Positions 57,913 through 64,000 of a stretch of DNA of 64,000 bases are shown in pieces (the first letter of the stretch is position 1; each line of letters begins with the position of its first letter). The stretch is taken from NCBI GenBank assembly GCA_964446625.1, contig CAYUPH010000003.1, forward strand, positions 64,192 to 128,191, written 5' to 3'. A program made the translations under genes and the position numbers. The stretch comes from an uncultured Candidatus Saccharibacteria bacterium. Lineage in GTDB: Bacteria > Patescibacteriota > Minisyncoccia > Phycocordibacterales > CAIRYW01. A model generated the notes under the pieces. That model was not told the DNA's origin and ran no database searches. It was given only the letters and a program-made list of their open reading frames with translations.

Positions 57913-60900
57913 TTATTTCCCTCCAAAAAGTGATTTAAATACGCTTATGATAGTTGCCTTGAGACTTCCTCCACTTTGTGAAGTTCCAGAGCCCACCTTG
58001 TTTATTGTGAAATATCCTCCAATTGCGTACGATGAGCCGTACTCGTTATGAGACCTTATTGCAATTGTAAACGAGTTTCCTGTACTGGTTGTATCCCCCA
58101 TTCGTGAGACAGTCCAAGTGTACGATCCAGTGTTTGGTTGACTGTATGCAATATCTTTTGTTCCTGTTGGTCCTGCAAGACGAATATCAACATTGTCCGC
58201 GCCATCTGACTCATATTTAATTGTATAGGTTTGCCCCTCTGTCAAAACCTCACCTGAACCCGGCGAAAGAACTGTCACCGGTGCAGGACTATGACTTTCT
58301 ATTGTGGTCTGTCCACTTTCAGATACATCAGAATTAACCTCTGTTACTGATCTTCCATTTATCTTGAAGACATTGTCTGTATAGTCAGTGTAAGAAGCTT
58401 CAGCACTATTTAGATTATTGCCTCCTCTAACTGAAATAAGGAAGTCACTTTGGGTTGTTCCAGGGTCAGTCACTTTCCAGTCATAATAACCTGTGTTTGG
58501 AATATTTTGAGCTAGAAACTCCCCATACGAACGCTTGTCAGACGAAAGAAGCGAAACAGTAACATTTTTTACAGCTGTGTTTGAAGTCCAAGTAATTCGT
58601 TTTGTTTCTCCAACATTCGCGTCACTTATATTTGTCACTTTTACATAAGGGTTATTTTGTATTTGTACTTTACTTACAATATTTACCCTTCCTTTTGAGG
58701 CACAAACCCCAAGCGGTGAACAAATTCGGACGGTATATTCTCCTTCTGCGACTGTTTCGTCATTTGAGGCCGTCTTCTCTGTTATTCCTACTGTTCCGTA
58801 TATATATTTTCCTGAAATACCTGAAATAGTTGACGTTTGTCCTAGTTTTCGAGTGACTACATATGTCTTTTCGTTTCCAAGAAGTTCTAGTTTTCCATTT
58901 TGTCCCCAGTCAGAAAGATCACCGGCAGTCCAAGTAATTGTTGCAGGATCTCCAATATACCAAGTACTTCCGACTTTTGGAGCAGTAATTGTAATCACTG
59001 TACTTTTTGGAATTTCACTCTCAGCAACAAAAGTAAATACTCCTGATGTTGCCGATACTGCCGGATTATCTTCGCTGACAACTTTTATTCGATAACTGCC
59101 GGCGAGTGACTTTTCTGGAGTCCAATACAGGTAACCTTTTGGAGAAGTCGAAATGTGACTTCCAAGCAAAACATCAGGTGAGCCCACTCTATAGACACTT
59201 ACTTTTGTAGAGTTTCCAGCAAAATTCTCACTTGTCCATGAAATTCTTATTTGACTACCACTTTGAACTACCGAACCACTTTCTGGTGAAGTAATTTTAA
59301 GTGTTGCAGGTAAAGTTGCTATAACTGGCGCAACTGTAGGTAATGCGATTTCTGGAACTGGAATAGACACCACTTCTGCATCATTTCCACACATACTTAA
59401 TAGATCCTTGTTTAGTGCAGTTCTGGTACCGGGTCCTACATACCCTTCTGCTGGTGTAAGTCCATTTTGTATTTGATAGGTTGCAACAGCACCTTTTGTG
59501 TAGGCCCCAAAATAGTTAGAAGGGATGCCGTCTTGCTTAGCAAGGTGACCTTTGGCAATAAGAAATTTTTGAAGATTATAAACATCGAGGCCAACCGAAC
59601 CAGTATTAAGGAATTTAGACCATGTGTATCCACACGGTAAGTCAACACTTGCTCCAGGAGAACCTGGTCCACGGTTTTCTGGGTTAGGTAGTGTTGAGTT
59701 AGCCCTTAGCTTAAAATAACCTTTTGTTAAACTAAATACTGGGCCAGTACTGCTACCTTTTTGCATAATATTAGACAAGTACGCACTCGAAGCTCCTTGC
59801 TGGTCGACAACTAAAAGCTTAAAGTAATCTCCTTCACCAAGAAATCCTACTGCTTCAGAAGAAATACTGATCTCAAACTCCTTTTTCCCTGTTTTTTCTG
59901 TAACATCGAGCATTCGAACTTGTCGCCAATTTGTTACTTTTCCTTGTTTATCATATTTCACAATATATAAGTACGCTAACCTAGTGTAGTCCCATTCAGT
60001 AAAATTTATCGTTATTTTTTCTTTATTATCTGCTGTTATGGTTTTAATATCAAAGTTAGAAAAGCTTACCTCCTTATCTTTTGAGCTTGGCAGAGATGAT
60101 TCCTCAACATTCTCAATAACAACCTTAACTGGGGAGTTATTGTCCCACGCAGTTAAATACGCGCTTTCACCACTCTCATCTGTTGCTTTAATTTCTAGAA
60201 AATATTCCATAGGGGCAACTTCATTCATACCAAGTCTTCGGCGAACTTCAGGGGCTTCAAAATCGAGCTTTAGGTCGTCTTCTACATAAATATCTCCTGT
60301 ATTCCTATTTATATTTAGGCCGTATTCTAACCCTTTTAAAACAGAGTAGGTAATCTTGTCTCCATCTGGATCCTGTGCTTTTACATTTCCTACAACCGTA
60401 CCCCTAGGCGTATGCTCATTTACTGAAATTCTTACACCCCTTGATGAATCAGAAAAAACAGGCTCATGAGAATCACCACGAGACTCTCTAAATTCAATCA
60501 CTCGGAGCTCTGAATCACTTCCCATGTCTGATATTGCTTTATTTACATCATCTATGTAATAAGAGTAGAAAGGACCAGAAACAGAAAGCAGTGAACCTGT
60601 ATGTGTAGAAACTAGAACTAATTCTCCCCTATAAAGCACAAACGAAGGCGACCCCGAATCACCTGTCCTTACACTATTTAGATCATTTGGGTTATATTGC
60701 AACTCATTACCATCAGTTTTCAGATATCTAAGTGGAATACCTGCCCAAATCTTCATTTCGTTGATTACCTGAGGATAAGAAGTTGTAAGCTCTCCAGTCA
60801 GAACTACTCTATTTTGATCTAAAAGCAAGTAACGGAGATTATTATTTGAAAACAAAACTTGTAGATTTTTTTTATCTTCAGGGGTAATTTCCTGACCAAC

Positions 60901-61443
60901 ATGCTCCCATCTATCTATTCCCACTTTTGACATAAAATCTTTGTAATCAAAAACAGGATAGACTTTAAATTTGCTTGGGAGTGGTGAGTCCAAAAGAGCG
61001 ACTTCAATGTCGCTTTGAGGTATGTAGCGAAGATTTGTAATCTTTCTATACTCAACTGTTCCGTCTTTTGCAGTAAAAGCCAAATTTGTATTTTTTTCTA
61101 ACTGATGGTGAGACGCCAAAACAATAACATCCGGAGCTACAAGGGTTCCTGCACCCCTGTTGCCTCTAACATTGTTCCAGTTCGAAACTCCGGAAAAGTC
61201 CAAGTTTTTTGTCCATGAGTTTTTGTTGATTTCAAGTTTTCCTTGGAGAGAAGAAGCGTCAGAAACATAAATATTATTATCAGCAGTGGCAACACTACTA
61301 AGCTCTGTTACAGCTTCCTTTAGCTCGCTATTTATCGCATCAGTGACAGGATCGTTTGATGCACTACTTACTTTTTTTACTACAAAAAAAGAAACTACTA
61401 GCAAAACCCCAATAACAATACTCGCCTTAAAGAATTTTTTCAT
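57913..61443 (-). CDS. Large surface protein: trypsin-like protease + cadherin-like + peptidoglycan-binding + repeated Ig-like domains
   Basis: GTLVAPDVIVLASHH, SDIEVALL, GDSGSP; VNEHT..AQDPDGD..LDFE; VYNLQKFL..FGAYTKGAV..VGPGTR; four ITSP/ITW-type repeats. Confidence 0.8.
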   Translation of the reverse strand: MKKFFKASIVIGVLLVVSFFVVKKVSSASNDPVTDAINSELKEAVTELSSVATADNNIYVSDASSLQGKLEINKNSWTKNLDFSGVSNWNNVRGNRGAGTLVAPDVIVLASHHQLEKNTNLAFTAKDGTVEYRKITNLRYIPQSDIEVALLDSPLPSKFKVYPVFDYKDFMSKVGIDRWEHVGQEITPEDKKNLQVLFSNNNLRYLLLDQNRVVLTGELTTSYPQVINEMKIWAGIPLRYLKTDGNELQYNPNDLNSVRTGDSGSPSFVLYRGELVLVSTHTGSLLSVSGPFYSYYIDDVNKAISDMGSDSELRVIEFRESRGDSHEPVFSDSSRGVRISVNEHTPRGTVVGNVKAQDPDGDKITYSVLKGLEYGLNINRNTGDIYVEDDLKLDFEAPEVRRRLGMNEVAPMEYFLEIKATDESGESAYLTAWDNNSPVKVVIENVEESSLPSSKDKEVSFSNFDIKTITADNKEKITINFTEWDYTRLAYLYIVKYDKQGKVTNWRQVRMLDVTEKTGKKEFEISISSEAVGFLGEGDYFKLLVVDQQGASSAYLSNIMQKGSSTGPVFSLTKGYFKLRANSTLPNPENRGPGSPGASVDLPCGYTWSKFLNTGSVGLDVYNLQKFLIAKGHLAKQDGIPSNYFGAYTKGAVATYQIQNGLTPAEGYVGPGTRTALNKDLLSMCGNDAEVVSIPVPEIALPTVAPVIATLPATLKITSPESGSVVQSGSQIRISWTSENFAGNSTKVSVYRVGSPDVLLGSHISTSPKGYLYWTPEKSLAGSYRIKVVSEDNPAVSATSGVFTFVAESEIPKSTVITITAPKVGSTWYIGDPATITWTAGDLSDWGQNGKLELLGNEKTYVVTRKLGQTSTISGISGKYIYGTVGITEKTASNDETVAEGEYTVRICSPLGVCASKGRVNIVSKVQIQNNPYVKVTNISDANVGETKRITWTSNTAVKNVTVSLLSSDKRSYGEFLAQNIPNTGYYDWKVTDPGTTQSDFLISVRGGNNLNSAEASYTDYTDNVFKINGRSVTEVNSDVSESGQTTIESHSPAPVTVLSPGSGEVLTEGQTYTIKYESDGADNVDIRLAGPTGTKDIAYSQPNTGSYTWTVSRMGDTTSTGNSFTIAIRSHNEYGSSYAIGGYFTINKVGSGTSQSGGSLKATIISVFKSLFGGK

Positions 61444-61518
61444 TATATTAACTTATATTTAATTAATATAATTCTATACCCTTAGTAGAAGTCCTCATAA
61501 CAAGGGTGTGGACAACTT

Positions 61519-62016
61519 TCAGTTCAAATTGAACAGGAATTCGTGTGGTACCTTTTTCCTACCATCTTTCCACTGCCTTGTGTCAAAGCACCACACTTCT
61601 TCCGGGGAGATTTTAAAAAACTGCCACGGCGCACTACTTCTTCCATGTACCGAAGTTATTTTTTTAAACTCCTCAGATTTGTGTAGTCTATTAAAATAAA
61701 TATTGCTCACTTTTTTTAAATCGTCAGAATCAACAATTTGCTCTAGCTTACCAGTTATCTGAAGTCCGAAAATATCTCCTGTTTCAAACCTTTCGGTTTT
61801 GTAAATCGATACAGAAACAGTATCTCTTTTTAAAGCATTTTGGATATGCCTACTTTGCATTTCTGAAAGAATGTAAAGGTTCATGTTCTCGTCGTACGCA
61901 TAGCCCAGTGGGTTAGTCCAAGGAGTACCCGCTTCATCACTGGTCCCAAGACAAAGAAACTCAGTTCTTTCAAGCGCTTCTTTGAGTTTAGCTTCCCAGT
62001 TTACCTGTTCTTCCAT
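61519..62016 (-). CDS. Pyridoxamine 5'-phosphate oxidase-family flavoprotein
   Basis: LGT..PWTNP..Y, SRHIQN, VSVSI, GLQITG. Confidence 0.85.
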   Translation of the reverse strand: MEEQVNWEAKLKEALERTEFLCLGTSDEAGTPWTNPLGYAYDENMNLYILSEMQSRHIQNALKRDTVSVSIYKTERFETGDIFGLQITGKLEQIVDSDDLKKVSNIYFNRLHKSEEFKKITSVHGRSSAPWQFFKISPEEVWCFDTRQWKDGRKKVPHEFLFNLN

Positions 62017-62048
62017 ACTCCTATTTTAACGCAGGAAGGATGTTTTTA

Positions 62049-62954
62049 CTAAAGGTCAATATCGTGTAGGAAATCAGCAATTTGCTCCATCACTTTTATT
62101 TTTCCTACATCTCCTTCTTTTCCTCCTCTTTGAAGCTCAGAAATCTCGGTGCGAACTAATTGTTCCAAAACTAAAGAGGTTCTACTAACAAAATCTTTTG
62201 CCTTTGGGTTCTTATTTACCTCTATAAATACCCTCTTTATTTTTTCGAACTCTTCTTCTAAATTACTTGAAAGAATAAAGTTTTGTGGTAGCAAACTGTT
62301 ATTTTCTAAAAGCTTATATACAGTCAGATAACCTCCAGTAATCGCATCCGCGCATTCCTTAAGGTTTTTATCTTCCTTTAGCAAACCAAGTCTTTCTAGC
62401 TCTGCTGCAACCTTAGTAATACTTGAAAGCTGAAACATTAAATTATCATCCTCAGTTACCTCGAGGTCATACACTCGACAAACTTGATCATATAATCTAT
62501 GTCCAAGCTGACGGATTGCATTTTCACAATCCGATTCTTTATTTCCTAAGGGTAGTGATTTTAGCCATTCTATTAATTTCTGGTCCGCAAGTTCAATTGT
62601 TGGAACAAATACTTGCTCATCTGCATTTAGTGTCCACTCATTTTTCTGAAGAACTAGCTTTAGTTTTAAACCAAGCTCAGAAAAAACTTCTTGCGCCCCA
62701 CTTCGAATACTTTGTAGTTTTGCAAATGAGTCATCCTCAAAAAGTTTAGTAGTATATTTTGTTGATAAATTAGGTGGAAAATCTTTTCCAGTCGGCTCAG
62801 CGACTTTACAATGATCAACCGCCCTCGCCAAATCTGGCTCTATTTCTACCTCAATAATTTTATCAACTCCTTCTGTCAAATCTAGCAAACCTTCGCCGAC
62901 ACGGGCGTAGTATTTTTCGTAGTAAAAAGAATTGACTGCTTCGTAACGTACCAT
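62049..62954 (-). CDS. Hypothetical protein
   Basis: 301-aa uninterrupted ORF. Confidence 0.7.
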   Translation of the reverse strand: MVRYEAVNSFYYEKYYARVGEGLLDLTEGVDKIIEVEIEPDLARAVDHCKVAEPTGKDFPPNLSTKYTTKLFEDDSFAKLQSIRSGAQEVFSELGLKLKLVLQKNEWTLNADEQVFVPTIELADQKLIEWLKSLPLGNKESDCENAIRQLGHRLYDQVCRVYDLEVTEDDNLMFQLSSITKVAAELERLGLLKEDKNLKECADAITGGYLTVYKLLENNSLLPQNFILSSNLEEEFEKIKRVFIEVNKNPKAKDFVSRTSLVLEQLVRTEISELQRGGKEGDVGKIKVMEQIADFLHDIDL

Positions 62955-62958
62955 AGAA

Positions 62959-64000
62959 TTATTTCCACCAAATTCCGCTTTGACCTTTTGCTCTCATGTA
63001 GTCGCGAGTAATTGGTCCAAAGTACCCATAGGAAGGCGTGATACCATTTGCTTTTTGATACTCCGCGAGCGCACTGCGTGTCAGTACTCCAAAGTAACCA
63101 GTTATTCCCACTTCCTTTAAGTTTTGTGCCCCCTTGCCGAGATTTAGTTTTATGAGTATATCTTGGAGTTTTTTTACATCATCTCCCGAGAGTCCAACAA
63201 ATAAATTCCTTACTGGCAAAAGAGGATCAGTAAAAACCTGAACCACCTCTTCTTTTTTATTTTCCACAGTAACACCACTTCCACTACTTCTACTTCCACT
63301 TCTATTTGTTGACGGCGTAGAAGCTACAGGACAATCTGGCGTGGTAAATGTTTCTTCATCACCAAAGAAGGTAACAGAGCGAGGATACCGCGAAAGTCCA
63401 CCAAGCACTCGGTAGTAATATGTTGTATTACACACCAGACTACTTGCTGTCATTTCTGTTTCAATCTCATTTAGATCAGGCTTTTCTGCATCCGGGGTCA
63501 TATCATTTGCATAATACGGATAGTATGTGTGCAAATTAAGACCAGTTGGAAAAAGCCCGCCATGAATATAATCCGGGTAACTTGAAGTTCCATACATGAG
63601 GTGAAAAAAGAGAATTGAGTCAGGAAGAGCATCAATTGCATCCCAGTCCCACGAATCATCTACGTCCATTGAGCCTGTAATAACCGCAGAGTCAGTTTGA
63701 AGTGTTCCACTCTTTACTGCGCCACTTACGACACTTGCCCTAAAGTTAATTGGCGTAATACTTTGCCACTTAAAAAATGGGTAGTTATCATTTGCATTTG
63801 AGAGAGTAAAGTTGTTTATCGCCCACACATCATCAAAGTCCCAGCCTGCGTCTGTAAACGTTACTGAATCTTTCATTGCATAAGTACTTGTTCCTGTTCC
63901 TTCAAATTCAAATCCTTCTTCATGAATACCACTTGCTGTTTCGTCCCATAAGTTAGCAAGAAACATATCATCTCCATAAGCAAATGAGGCAACAATTGGT
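62959..64000 (-). CDS. Surface protein with C-terminal peptidoglycan-binding domain (5' part outside the window)
   Basis: AGWDFDDVW..NDNYP, L.CNTTYYYR FN3-like region, DVKKLQ..TGYFG..TRSAL..YQ..GYFGPITR. Confidence 0.8.
   Translation of the reverse strand, partial: PIVASFAYGDDMFLANLWDETASGIHEEGFEFEGTGTSTYAMKDSVTFTDAGWDFDDVWAINNFTLSNANDNYPFFKWQSITPINFRASVVSGAVKSGTLQTDSAVITGSMDVDDSWDWDAIDALPDSILFFHLMYGTSSYPDYIHGGLFPTGLNLHTYYPYYANDMTPDAEKPDLNEIETEMTASSLVCNTTYYYRVLGGLSRYPRSVTFFGDEETFTTPDCPVASTPSTNRSGSRSSGSGVTVENKKEEVVQVFTDPLLPVRNLFVGLSGDDVKKLQDILIKLNLGKGAQNLKEVGITGYFGVLTRSALAEYQKANGITPSYGYFGPITRDYMRAKGQSGIWWK

Overview
Gene-dense, AT-rich chromosomal window. Gene content and style suggest a Candidate Phyla Radiation (Patescibacteria, Parcubacteria-like) bacterium; this is an inference from the short F1 delta/epsilon, archaeal-type pyrH, many monocistronic orphans and peptidoglycan-binding surface proteins. 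Core genes: leuS (partial), ychF, mltG, ahcY, ribH/ribE/riboflavin kinase, a full F1Fo operon, pyrH, tsaC, nrdAB (class Id-like, ATP cone on beta), ddl, uvrABC, tgt, gdhA, a DsbA-like protein and an NdvB-like GH17-GT2 fusion. A low-GC SIR2-HerA anti-phage cassette lies downstream of tRNA-Ala(UGC), which is surrounded by partial copies of itself. The most unusual feature is a ~1.15 kb GC-rich, hairpin-dense non-coding insert splitting the ATP synthase operon between atpB and atpE. It looks like a tandem array of four separately promoted and terminated structured RNAs on the minus strand, and I cannot assign it to a known RNA family. All product calls come from motif recognition by eye, not database searches.
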